In this document: positions 1 through 8,879 of the stretch, in pieces
How positions within the stretch are numbered: position 1 is the stretch's first letter
Layout: each line of letters starts with the position of its first letter
Assembly (NCBI GenBank): GCA_964508305.1
Contig: CAZDSX010000004.1
Span: 3,359-67,358 of the forward strand
Origin: an uncultured Bacteriovorax sp.
Lineage (GTDB): Bacteria > Bdellovibrionota > UBA1018
Length of the DNA stretch: 64,000 bases
Direction of reading: 5' to 3'
Notes under the pieces: model-generated
Databases searched by the model: none
Told to the model about the DNA's origin: nothing
Seen by the model: the letters and a program-made list of their open reading frames with translations, nothing else
Program-made: the position numbers and the translations under genes

Positions 1-1104
1 GTTCGCCCTGGCGGTCCCTACGATCCTTCCCTCCCGCACGAAGGCGAGGTGGCTTCCGTTCAGGATCCCGGCTGCAGGCAGCGCAAATTCAAGTCGTGCG
101 GTGGCCGCTTCACCTACCCAAATATGTGCGGTGCTTCGCACCCAGTGACCGTCGGCGCGTCGGACTTCCACCTGAAGACCCGCCAGCGGAGGCGCACCCA
201 CCGGATCGAGCCAGCGGAAATCCCGGAGCAGCACTGACTGTTGTGCATAGGCCTGGAGGGTCCCTGCCCAGATCGTCTGGCTTTCGGCATCCGCAGCGAT
301 GGAGTAGAGGCGCTCGGATGGTGCGCTCGTCGCACTGTTCGGTTCGTCTTCGATGAGCGCCACATGGACCGGCACTCCGATCGGATGCTCATGAACTCCC
401 TGGTGCTCGGCCAGGCCTGAACCCTGATGGATCTCACGAACCCATCCCGGCTGACTGAACCCGGGTGGAAGCCGAGCGCTCGCCCACTCAAACCAGGCGG
501 ATGGGGCTGCAACTGAGGGATGCTGGATTCGCTGCAGGCGCGCCGGATCAGGAGGCAGGCCCAGTGTCTGGGCCAGCTTGAAGATCTGTGCGTCGTTGAA
601 GCCTCCAAGCGGAAAATCGAGATCCCTCGTCTCCGAGCCGCATGCAAAGGCCAGGGTCGAGGCCTGGCAGTGATCGGTGGCGTCTGCCAGCAGCACGCCG
701 CCTCGTAGGATCCCGCGATGCCCGGTGGCGACGCCATCATAGTTGCCGTCCCGGCCCAGTTGGCGGAGCGCGGAGAGCAGCAGCTCCGAATGGAGAAGGA
801 CTTCTGGCGAGGGCTCTTGTCCACGGAGCACCTCGTGAAGGTAGGGATCAGCGACCCGCTGTTCAAACAGGCCGCCTGCCGAAATGATCTCGAGCTCCAG
901 TCCGAGCTCGGACGCGCGGGCGGCGGCATGGCGGGCGGCCTCCGGTGATCCCACGGATTCGTGCACGGAGCGCCACGCGCCATGCTGGAAATCCGAAAAA
1001 TCGAGGAAAACACCGCGCATCTCGCAGTCCTGTTCTCGGAGGAGTGCGATCAGGACCGAGCTCCGGATGCCGCCGGTGAAGCCGACCAGGATCCTGCGGC
1101 TCAT
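1..1104 (-). CDS. MnmA/TrmU-like PP-loop tRNA 2-thiouridylase homolog (C-terminus runs off window start); catalytic residues appear substituted
   Basis: Manual reverse-strand translation from ATG at 1104 is open to position 1, which is why the ORF track does not list it. N-terminus MSRRILVGFTGGIRSSVLIALLREQDCEMRGVFL aligns to MnmA [20 protein letters not shown]...GLFM. ATGH motif present (DGVATGH). The PP-loop reads TGGIRSS instead of SGGxDSS, and the positions of the catalytic Cys102/Cys199 of E. coli MnmA read Leu/Pro. Confidence 0.5.
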   Translation of the reverse strand, partial: MSRRILVGFTGGIRSSVLIALLREQDCEMRGVFLDFSDFQHGAWRSVHESVGSPEAARHAAARASELGLELEIISAGGLFEQRVADPYLHEVLRGQEPSPEVLLHSELLLSALRQLGRDGNYDGVATGHRGILRGGVLLADATDHCQASTLAFACGSETRDLDFPLGGFNDAQIFKLAQTLGLPPDPARLQRIQHPSVAAPSAWFEWASARLPPGFSQPGWVREIHQGSGLAEHQGVHEHPIGVPVHVALIEDEPNSATSAPSERLYSIAADAESQTIWAGTLQAYAQQSVLLRDFRWLDPVGAPPLAGLQVEVRRADGHWVRSTAHIWVGEAATARLEFALPAAGILNGSHLAFVREGRIVGTARAN

Positions 1105-2336
1105 GCGCGACGGCCCTTGCGAGCCGCCTCGACGGACCGTGAAAGCGCAGGCAGGAAGCGTTCCTGCAAGGTCTCCCTCGAAATGCCGGGCGTGAGCGAG
1201 ATCCGCAAGCTCGCCAACGCGAGTTCATCCGGAAGGCCCATCGCCTTGAGGACATGGGAGGGGCGCCTGACTCCGGCCGAGCAGGCGGAGCCCGCGCTGA
1301 CGGCAAACCCTTCCAGATCCAGCCGATCGGTGAGCGCGATTCCGCGCGGGTCAACGTCGGCAAAGCTGACATTGAGTGTGTTGCAAACGCGCTCGGCTGC
1401 AGCCCCGTTGATGCGTGCGCCGGGGATCGCCCGAAGGATCTCGGACTCAAGCTCGTCCCGGAACGTGCCCAGTGCAACCTCGGCCCTCCAGATGGCGATT
1501 TCGGCTGCAAGCCCGAGCGACCAGGCCCCGAGAGCGTTTTCGGTTCCCGCCCGAAGCGCGCGCTGCTGGTTTCCGCTGAAAACTGGGATCGCAGCCAGGA
1601 GCTCGCGGCCGCGCCTGGAAAACGCAAGTACCCCGGTGCCGGACAGTGCTCCGAGCTTGTGTCCGGAGGTTACAAGGAAGTCGCAATCCGAAAAAGGCAG
1701 GTTTGCCTGAGATGCATGCGAGAGCTTGTCCCACGCCTGGGCCGCATCGATCAGGACCAGTCCGCCATGGCGTCGCAGGAGCGCACAGAGTTCGCCCAGT
1801 CGATGCTGGATCACCCCGGTCTCGTTGTTCACCCAAAGGAAGCTTGCGAGGAAGGGGCGTCCCTCACCGATCGCCCCCAGTGCCGAGAGTTCGGAGAGCC
1901 GAACCTCGAGAGCCTCGACATCCACCCTCCCCTGCGCGTCGAGCGGAAGTGCCACCAGCGAGCCAGGATGCTCGGCCTCCCAGCGTGCGCGGTAGGCCAG
2001 CGAGCCATTGTGCTCGGTGGGCGAATAGAGCCAATGAATGGGGCCATGGGAGCCGGCCAAAGCAAAACAGGCGGCCCGGATCGCGCCCTGGAGCGCTTCG
2101 GTGCCGCCTGAAGTGATGATCCAATCCTGCTCGGTGATTCCCGGAATCATTCGGGCGAGCGAAGCAGTCACCTGCTCCCGCGCACGACGCACCAAAGCAT
2201 TGGCTTCGCGGCCAAGCTGGTGTCCCGAGGAGGGATTGTACAGAACCGGGAGGACCTCGCCGATCTTCTCCCTCAACGGGTGAAGGGGCGGGATCCCTGC
2301 GTTGGCATCAAGATAGGTCGCGGCCCTTGCCGACAT
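1101..2336 (-). CDS. cysteine desulfurase (IscS/NifS family, PLP-dependent)
   Basis: Motifs TSGHKLG (PLP lysine) and SAGSACSAG (catalytic Cys loop). Start chosen at internal MSARAATYLDANAG to limit overlap with the upstream Rrf2 gene. ATG at 1104 of the next gene overlaps the stop TGA at 1101-1103. Confidence 0.8.
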   Translation of the reverse strand: MSARAATYLDANAGIPPLHPLREKIGEVLPVLYNPSSGHQLGREANALVRRAREQVTASLARMIPGITEQDWIITSGGTEALQGAIRAACFALAGSHGPIHWLYSPTEHNGSLAYRARWEAEHPGSLVALPLDAQGRVDVEALEVRLSELSALGAIGEGRPFLASFLWVNNETGVIQHRLGELCALLRRHGGLVLIDAAQAWDKLSHASQANLPFSDCDFLVTSGHKLGALSGTGVLAFSRRGRELLAAIPVFSGNQQRALRAGTENALGAWSLGLAAEIAIWRAEVALGTFRDELESEILRAIPGARINGAAAERVCNTLNVSFADVDPRGIALTDRLDLEGFAVSAGSACSAGVRRPSHVLKAMGLPDELALASLRISLTPGISRETLQERFLPALSRSVEAARKGRRA

Positions 2337-2835
2337 TGACCGATGCGCCCGTGGAAGCAGGGATCTGGAATCCGGTGTTCTCGAGAATCTGGTTCGTTGC
2401 GCGGCCAGTTTCCTGGGTCGTGCCACGTGCCTTGCGGATGAGGTCGCCCACCGAAGTCGTGGTGAGGTATTCCTGCATGATCAGGCCGAGGTTCTCGAAG
2501 TAAGTCTTGGTCAGGATGAACTCGACGGTGTCGGACTTGATGTCGCCGGTCCCGATGAGGTCACGCGCAGGGTTGATGTTTTCACCCACGCTCGTGAGCA
2601 CATCGCGCACGGAGATTTCGTCCATTGAGCGGGAAAGAACATAGCCGCCACCCGGTCCGCGCACGCTCTTGACCACTGCTCCCTTGCGGAGGCGGCGGAA
2701 AAGCTGTTCGAGGTAGTGGAGCGAGATCTTCTGGCGCTCAGAGATTTCCTGCAGACGCACTGGGCGACCATTCGAATTGAAGGTCAGGTCCAGAATTGCG
2801 CGCACTGCGTAGCGTCCCTTTGAAGTCAGCCTCAT
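2308..2835 (-). CDS. Rrf2-family transcriptional regulator (IscR-like)
   Basis: MRLTSKGRYAVRAILDL... N-terminal wHTH typical of Rrf2/IscR. Located upstream of the cysteine desulfurase. Start set at MRLTSKG (ATG 2833-2835). Confidence 0.8.
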   Translation of the reverse strand: MRLTSKGRYAVRAILDLTFNSNGRPVRLQEISERQKISLHYLEQLFRRLRKGAVVKSVRGPGGGYVLSRSMDEISVRDVLTSVGENINPARDLIGTGDIKSDTVEFILTKTYFENLGLIMQEYLTTTSVGDLIRKARGTTQETGRATNQILENTGFQIPASTGASVNVGKGRDLS

Positions 2836-2901
2836 AATAAAATTCTCCCAATCTCCCAAAACCGAGGGCCTTCTTGCACTCGGTGAAAAGGGGTTATCAT
2901 C

Positions 2902-2925
2902 TCGTAGTAGGGGCGTCAACTAATG
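2902..2925. promoter_or_regulatory. candidate IscR type-1-like operator half-site (ATTAGTTGAC) in the AT-rich divergent promoter region
   Basis: The sequence ATTAGTTGACGCCCCTACTACGAG on the bottom strand resembles the ATAGTTGAC half of the IscR type-1 box. It sits ~70 bp upstream of the Rrf2 start. Confidence 0.3.
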
Positions 2926-3012
2926 TGACAGAGCTAAATTCTGAATTTTCAGGACACTTTTTGGGTGTGGGGGTAGAATCTCAAGTAGGTTGCTGAAATT
3001 AGGAGAGTAATC

Positions 3013-3678
3013 GTGTCAGGTAATGGTTCCTCAGGAAGCGACGGCGTGGGTTCAAAGCAGGCCGGCTCTAGCGGATTCTCAATCGACAATGAAAAGTCGA
3101 TTCAGCTGGAAGTTCCATCGATTACAAAGCTTTTGGACCGCAAAAAGCTCGAGATCTCCTCCCCTGCCAACAAGGCCACCATTCGCCCCAAGGGGGGCAC
3201 GGATCGGCGGACCGAATCTCGCCTGCTCACGCTTCCCGAGGCTTCTGCCGCCCCCGCTCGACCTCAGTCGTCCGAGGACCTGGCCCGCAGGCTCAGGCAG
3301 GCCATCTCGGCCAGCTGGGTTGTGGTGCTGGCAGCCGAGGGCAAAGCCTTTAAGGCCCATTCGGTGCTGGGTGGCGATCGCAACCTTTGGAGTCTCTTTA
3401 CCGGGTTTGCGATCGGACCCGAGCATTCTCCCTCTCTTTTCTCGGCGCTTGCCCAGGGTCGGCAGGTTGAGCTCACTTCCGTTTCGGGCGCCTCCGACGC
3501 ACAAGCACTCCGTTCCGCGCTGGCACTCCCCGCATCGAGTGGCCTGATCGTCGTAGCTGCGGGAAGCGGAAGTGCAATGCCTTTCCTGCTGCTTGCAGCT
3601 TTCCCGGGCTCCTCCGGCGCAGCGCTCGGCCCAAGGCTCGCAGGACTGCTCAAGGAACTCGTTGCAGCCAAGCTCTAG
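3013..3678 (+). CDS. hypothetical protein (Ser/Gly-rich N-terminus, Ala/Leu-rich C-terminus)
   Basis: GTG start preceded by AGGAGA RBS at 3001-3006. Divergent from the Rrf2 gene. No recognisable motif. Confidence 0.55.
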   Translation: MSGNGSSGSDGVGSKQAGSSGFSIDNEKSIQLEVPSITKLLDRKKLEISSPANKATIRPKGGTDRRTESRLLTLPEASAAPARPQSSEDLARRLRQAISASWVVVLAAEGKAFKAHSVLGGDRNLWSLFTGFAIGPEHSPSLFSALAQGRQVELTSVSGASDAQALRSALALPASSGLIVVAAGSGSAMPFLLLAAFPGSSGAALGPRLAGLLKELVAAKL

Positions 3679-3689
3679 TTTAAGCCTGG

Positions 3690-4166
3690 CTACTTTTGGC
3701 TTCTGTACTGAATCGTGACTTCGCGGCGGTCGTGCTCCTGCGAGGGCGCCAGCTCGATCCTAAAGAGTGGAGTACGGGAGTCTGCCTCGAGCGCTTCGCA
3801 GAGTGAAGGAAACCTTGAGGTCCATTCCGACAACACGATCGCCGAAGACTCCCAGAAATAGGCGGGAATCCCGGCTGCCTCGAGATCCATTTCGTCCTCG
3901 ATCCGGTACAGGTCAAGGTGGATCAATCTGCGTCCGTTGGCCGGGTATTCGTGGGCCAGCGCGAAGGTGGGACTTCCTTCGGGACGAAGGGTTCCACCCA
4001 AAGCCGGGATCAGATGGCGTGCAGCCGTGGACTTGCCGGCTCCCATCGGACCTTCGAGCAGGATCCACGCGGGGGCGCGGAGCTCGCCTGCAAGATCCTG
4101 CATGATCCGACACAAATCCTGCTCAGCGCAGGCGCTGGCGGCCTTCCAGGTTTGCCAATGAGGCAT
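3690..4166 (-). CDS. tsaE: tRNA threonylcarbamoyladenosine biosynthesis protein TsaE
   Basis: Walker A LEGPMGAGKST plus TFALAHEY and HLDLYRIEDEMDLE signatures of YjeE/TsaE. Confidence 0.85.
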   Translation of the reverse strand: MPHWQTWKAASACAEQDLCRIMQDLAGELRAPAWILLEGPMGAGKSTAARHLIPALGGTLRPEGSPTFALAHEYPANGRRLIHLDLYRIEDEMDLEAAGIPAYFWESSAIVLSEWTSRFPSLCEALEADSRTPLFRIELAPSQEHDRREVTIQYRSQK

Positions 4167-5736
4167 CGGTTTGGATCTCCGCAGGCTTTTTGAGTTCCTT
4201 GAAGGCGTTTGGCAGGTTGCCGATGATGTCCGATGCGGTCATCCCACGATGACCGTGGGCCTGCGCCGCAAGATCCCCGGCAAGGCTGTGGATGTAGACG
4301 CCCAGCTGGGTCGCTTCAAATGCGTTCATCCCCTGCCCCAGAAGCCCGCCGATGATTCCGGCAAGCACATCGCCGCTTCCGGCGGTCGCCATGCCATCGT
4401 TGGGATAGTGGTTCAGGTAAAGCTTTTCGTCGGGCGAGGAGATCAAGGTGGCGGCTCCCTTGAGCAGCACCACGGAGTGGGTTCGCGCCACGGCATCCTT
4501 CACTGCCCTTACGGGATCCCGAACGACCTGCTCCTTGGGGACACCGAGCAGGCGCGCCATCTCGCCCGGATGCGGAGTGAGTACGGTTGCTCCCTTTCGA
4601 GCGATCAGGAAGTCATGGAGGTTGTGGTCGGCAATCAGGTTGAGTGCATCTGCATCCAGAACCACCGGGCCCTGGAAGCTCGAAAGGAGCTCGGTCAGGA
4701 TGTCTTTTCCTTCGGGCCTGAGGCCGAGACCGGGTCCTACAACGACGCTTGTAGTCTGGCCGAGCATCTTGCGATAGCCGGCCACTTCGGCGCGGTCCAT
4801 CTTGATTCCCAGTGACATGGTCTCATCCGGGAGCTTGGCCATCAGCTGGTCGAGGCATTCGGTCCAGGTACCCACGGTGACCAGCCCTGTGCCAATGCGA
4901 TGGGCTGCCTTCGCAGCCATGGTGATTGCACCGATGCGGCCCGGACTGCCGCCCACCAGCAGCGTGTGCCCGAAGCTGTTCTTATGGCCGTAGCGATCAC
5001 GCGAGTGGATGAGCTCAGCCATGCGCTCGGGCATGAGCAGGAACTTGTCCCCTTCGCGCCTAAAACGCGGAGGAAGCGTGATGTCGCAATTGATCAGTTC
5101 GCCGCGCTTGCCTGCGCCCGGCGGAAGGAAATGACCGAGCTTGGGGAAGCCAAAGGAGACTGTGAGCGCGGCCTGGATCGCCGCTCCCCGGATCTCGCCG
5201 GTATCACCGCTGACCCCTGTCGGGATGTCGAGGGCGACAATGTCATTGACGTGGGCATTGATGAGCTGGACGACGTCGTAGAAGATTCCCTCGATTTCGC
5301 CCTTGAGGCCCGTTCCAAGGATCCCGTCGATGGCGATGAATGGGCCGGAGTTGGAGCGGAAAAACTCCTCGAGCTCTGCGGCCGACTCTACGGCCGTCAG
5401 GCGGGCCTTCATCTTCTTGAGGATTTCAAAATTCTTGAGCGTAGCGCCGTGGTAGCGCGAGCCGTTGTCGAGGTGGAACACCCGTACCTTGCGTTCCAAG
5501 GCGATCAGTCGGCGCGCCACGACGAAGGCGTCACCCGCATTGTTGCCCTTGCCGGCAAAGACCAGGACTTCGGCCTCGCGGCCAGCCTGCGGAAAGCGCT
5601 CGAGCACGATGTGCGAGGCCGCGCGACCTGCGTTCTCCATGAGCAGCATCGCGTCGATGCCGTATTCCTGTTCGGAGATGCGGTCGAGCTCCCGCATTTC
5701 GGATGCCGTGGTGATGCGTAGCGGTGACTTGGACAT
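4123..5736 (-). CDS. nnr: bifunctional NAD(P)H-hydrate repair enzyme Nnr (YjeF_N epimerase + YjeF_C dehydratase)
   Basis: N-terminal FAGKGNNAGDAFVVAR motif and C-terminal carbohydrate-kinase-like domain (GSPGRIGA..., GDVLAG). 44-nt overlap with tsaE is a typical coupling. Confidence 0.85.
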   Translation of the reverse strand: MSKSPLRITTASEMRELDRISEQEYGIDAMLLMENAGRAASHIVLERFPQAGREAEVLVFAGKGNNAGDAFVVARRLIALERKVRVFHLDNGSRYHGATLKNFEILKKMKARLTAVESAAELEEFFRSNSGPFIAIDGILGTGLKGEIEGIFYDVVQLINAHVNDIVALDIPTGVSGDTGEIRGAAIQAALTVSFGFPKLGHFLPPGAGKRGELINCDITLPPRFRREGDKFLLMPERMAELIHSRDRYGHKNSFGHTLLVGGSPGRIGAITMAAKAAHRIGTGLVTVGTWTECLDQLMAKLPDETMSLGIKMDRAEVAGYRKMLGQTTSVVVGPGLGLRPEGKDILTELLSSFQGPVVLDADALNLIADHNLHDFLIARKGATVLTPHPGEMARLLGVPKEQVVRDPVRAVKDAVARTHSVVLLKGAATLISSPDEKLYLNHYPNDGMATAGSGDVLAGIIGGLLGQGMNAFEATQLGVYIHSLAGDLAAQAHGHRGMTASDIIGNLPNAFKELKKPAEIQTDASLANLEGRQRLR

Positions 5737-5760
5737 GGCCCTAGTGTGCCCTAAGGCGCC

Positions 5761-6513
5761 CTAAGGTGCAAAGATCTGGGATTTCATCTCGCGCACCGCC
5801 TGCTTGAGACCGACCATGGCGGCGCGGCAGACGATGGCGTGGCCGATATTGTATTCGGTGATGAGGGGTGATCCATCGGGCGCAGTCAGTTCGGCCACGG
5901 GTCGGACATTTGAGTAGTCAAAGCCATGCCCTGCATGGACCCCTATGCCGATGCTGTGGCCGAGGAGGCCGGCTTCTTCAATGCGGGACAGCTCTTGCCT
6001 GATCTTGGGCGCGGGTGGACGCTTCTGCTGGGTCAGCCCGCAATACTTGCCGGTATGGAGTTCGACGGCGTCGGCTCCCCACTTGGCGGAGAGGCGAACG
6101 GCCTCCTCCGAGGGCTCGACAAACAGGCTCACGAGGATCCCCTTCTTTTTGAGGCCGTCGATGACCTTCCGGATCATCCTTTCATTCTTCTTGAGCGCAA
6201 GGCCACCTTCCGTGGTCACTTCGCGGCGCTTTTCGGGGACCAGGCAGGACCACTCGGGCCGGACCTTGGAGGCGATCCGGAGCATTTCGTCGGTCGCAGC
6301 CATCTCGAGGTTGAGCGCAACCTTGAGGTACTTCCGCAACAATGTCACGTCGGCATCTTGAATATGCCTGCGGTCCTCCCGCAGGTGGATGGTGATCTGG
6401 TCGGCGCCGCCCGCCTCACAGGCCCGCGCGGCTTCGAGCATGTCCGGATACGGAGTGCCCCGAAGCTGCCTCAGCGTAGCAACATGGTCGATATTCACGC
6501 CCAGCAGGATCAT
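5761..6513 (-). CDS. pdxJ: pyridoxine 5'-phosphate synthase
   Basis: MILLGVNIDHVATLRQLRG...ITIHLREDRRHIQ conserved PdxJ N-terminus. ATG at 6511-6513 abuts the glmM stop. Confidence 0.85.
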   Translation of the reverse strand: MILLGVNIDHVATLRQLRGTPYPDMLEAARACEAGGADQITIHLREDRRHIQDADVTLLRKYLKVALNLEMAATDEMLRIASKVRPEWSCLVPEKRREVTTEGGLALKKNERMIRKVIDGLKKKGILVSLFVEPSEEAVRLSAKWGADAVELHTGKYCGLTQQKRPPAPKIRQELSRIEEAGLLGHSIGIGVHAGHGFDYSNVRPVAELTAPDGSPLITEYNIGHAIVCRAAMVGLKQAVREMKSQIFAP

Positions 6514-7925
6514 GCGAGTTTGCTCCGGATCTCCGCGGCGATCGAGTCCGCCAATCCACGGATCAGCGATGCGTCCTCGCCCTCCAGCAGCACACGGCAA
6601 AGGGGTTCCGTACCCGAAAACCGCACGAACACTCGGCCTCGGCCTGCGAGCTTCGACTCGGCGTCCTGGATCGCCTTTTGGACGGTGGGCAGATTTTCCA
6701 GCTTCTCCCTGCGGGAGATCCGGACATCGGCGCGCGCCTGCGGGAAAAGACGAATCGCCTTTTTGAGCTCCGAAAGCTTTTTGCCGGTGCGTTTCATGGC
6801 CTCAAGGACCTTGAGGGCGGCGACGATGCCGTCACCGGTGGTCGACTGATCGAGGAAGATGATGTGCCCCGACTGTTCGCCACCGAGGTTGAAGCCGTTC
6901 TTGCGCATGGTGTCCACGACATGGCGGTCGCCCACCTGCGCGCGGACCATGGCAATGCCGTGGTCTTTGAGCGTGAGTTCGAGCCCAAGATTCGACATCG
7001 GGGTGGTCACCACCGTGCTCTTGGAGAGGGTTCCTTCCTTGGCCATCTGGAGAGCAAGAATCCCGATGATCTGGTCCCCGTCGACGATCTCGCCGTTCTC
7101 GTCGGACATGATGCAACGGTCGCCGTCGCCGTCGAGGGCGATGCCCACGTCGGCACGGAACTGGATGGTCTTTCCGCAGATCTCCTCAGGATGGAGCGCG
7201 CCGCACTGGTCGTTGATGTTCAGACCGTTGGGACTTGAACCCGACTTGATGACTTCAGCGCCGAGCTCTTCAAAAACCATCGGGGCCACCTTGTAGGCTG
7301 CCCCGTTTGCGCTATCGAGGGCGATGCGCATCCCCATGAGGTCCAGATCCTTGGCAAAGAGTGCCTTGAGGAAGACCAGGTATCGGTTGTGGATGTCATC
7401 CAGGCGGAAGGCCTTGCCCACGAGGTCTGCCGTGGGTCGCTGGCCATCGATTTCCTTCGAGAGCACCAGGCGCTCGATTTCGTTTTCGAGTTCGTCCGGG
7501 AGCTTGTAGCCGTCGGCCGAGAAAATCTTGATCCCGTTGTCGTGGTAAGGGTTGTGCGAGGCGGAGATCATGATGCCCGCATCGGCGCGCATGCTCTGCG
7601 TGACAAAGGCGACCCCCGGGGTCGAGAGCGGGCCGATCAGGATCACGTCGGCTCCCATGGAGCAGATCCCCGAAGCGAGTGCGTTTTCGATCATGTATCC
7701 GGAGAGGCGCGTATCCTTGCCCACCACGATCTTGAGGCGGCGGATGGGCTTGCTGGACTCGAGGGGCTTGAGGCCTACCGGAAGCGTGCTGCGACCCAGG
7801 CCGATGGGCTGAGTGCGCAGGACATGGGCTACTGCGCGGCCCACGGCCATTGCGATCTCCCCGGTCATGGGGAACTGGTTGGCCATTCCACGGATGCCAT
7901 CGGTACCAAAGAGACGCTCTGCCAT
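6510..7925 (-). CDS. glmM: phosphoglucosamine mutase
   Basis: GTDGIRG N-terminus and active-site SASHNPYHDNGIKIF motif. Confidence 0.9.
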   Translation of the reverse strand: MAERLFGTDGIRGMANQFPMTGEIAMAVGRAVAHVLRTQPIGLGRSTLPVGLKPLESSKPIRRLKIVVGKDTRLSGYMIENALASGICSMGADVILIGPLSTPGVAFVTQSMRADAGIMISASHNPYHDNGIKIFSADGYKLPDELENEIERLVLSKEIDGQRPTADLVGKAFRLDDIHNRYLVFLKALFAKDLDLMGMRIALDSANGAAYKVAPMVFEELGAEVIKSGSSPNGLNINDQCGALHPEEICGKTIQFRADVGIALDGDGDRCIMSDENGEIVDGDQIIGILALQMAKEGTLSKSTVVTTPMSNLGLELTLKDHGIAMVRAQVGDRHVVDTMRKNGFNLGGEQSGHIIFLDQSTTGDGIVAALKVLEAMKRTGKKLSELKKAIRLFPQARADVRISRREKLENLPTVQKAIQDAESKLAGRGRVFVRFSGTEPLCRVLLEGEDASLIRGLADSIAAEIRSKLA

Positions 7926-7956
7926 ATGGCAGAGATTTTTGGCACGGAGCAGTAGT

Positions 7957-8877
7957 TCAATACAACGTCAATTTGACGGTTTCAGGGATGACTCGGACGA
8001 GCGTGATATTGGACGGCAGCGCCACATCCACGGGCTCGTTGTAGACGCCCTTGGTGCGGCCTTCGGCGTTGATGCGCCCAAAGACCTTGGAGCGATCCAG
8101 CTTGCGCAGATCCGCCGGCGATGCCCGGACCAGTGCAGTGATGGTGGTGGGCTCCACGCTGTACTGGAGCGAGGTTTTGACCCGGATCGAGAGGTTCCGG
8201 ATCTTGAAGTTGGCCCCATGCCCTTCGACCGAGATCCGCACCCGGGGCTTGGGTCCCGCTGGGATGACCCCGGCGCCCAGGACATCGAGGGAAACTTCGC
8301 GCTCCTCGCTTCCTGTCAAGGCGCCCAGGTCGATCGGAACGGTGGGGATCTGTGTGAGTGCATCGACCCGCGAATCCGGACCGCTCACGAGCACGGACTC
8401 GGGCAGAAGTTCGATGGATTTGAGCTTGAGCCCCTCGGGGAGCTCGCCCGTGGTCACGACGCGGATGGGTAGTGTCTTGGACTTGGTTGCCTCAAGCTTG
8501 ATCATCACCGAGCTCGGCGTCACGGCGAGGACACGAACTCCGATCGGGAGCCGGATGTTGTCCGAAAAGAAGCGATAGGTCACCAGGCCGGGCTTGCTGC
8601 CCACCAGGTTGATTCGGACCGGATCTTCCCGTCGATCCAGCACCGCACGAAGGAACGCCTTGGGCCCGGAGAGCCTGAAGCTCACCTTGTCGGGAACTTC
8701 GTTGGAGACTACGACCTCAGGCGAGGTCAGGACCTCGACGGGTACGTCCTTGGAGACCTCGACGTTGCGCGATCCCAGCACGACCACCCACAGAATCACT
8801 GCGATCAGGATCGAAATCAGCTTGGTCGGCAGGTTATGGGTCAGGAGCTCGCCCACCCCTTCGATGAAACGATCCAT
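7957..8877 (-). CDS. cdaR: YbbR-domain protein CdaR (diadenylate cyclase regulator)
   Basis: N-terminal TM helix followed by repeated YbbR-like beta-rich segments. Gene order cdaA-cdaR-glmM. Start set at MDRFIEG (ATG 8875-8877), directly after the cdaA stop. Confidence 0.7.
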   Translation of the reverse strand: MDRFIEGVGELLTHNLPTKLISILIAVILWVVVLGSRNVEVSKDVPVEVLTSPEVVVSNEVPDKVSFRLSGPKAFLRAVLDRREDPVRINLVGSKPGLVTYRFFSDNIRLPIGVRVLAVTPSSVMIKLEATKSKTLPIRVVTTGELPEGLKLKSIELLPESVLVSGPDSRVDALTQIPTVPIDLGALTGSEEREVSLDVLGAGVIPAGPKPRVRISVEGHGANFKIRNLSIRVKTSLQYSVEPTTITALVRASPADLRKLDRSKVFGRINAEGRTKGVYNEPVDVALPSNITLVRVIPETVKLTLY

Positions 8878-8879
8878 GA

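Noticed and set aside
114-1627. ORFs 114..1013(-) and 863..1627(-) from the six-frame track
   Set aside because: They are Arg/Pro/Ser-rich low-complexity translations. The real gene here is in the third minus frame, starting at ATG 1104 (MnmA-like) and open to the window edge. The 863..1627 ORF is antisense-frame noise inside the cysteine desulfurase gene.
5926-6849. 307-aa plus-strand ORF
   Set aside because: Antisense to pdxJ/glmM, which carry strong family motifs. Typical GC-rich shadow ORF.
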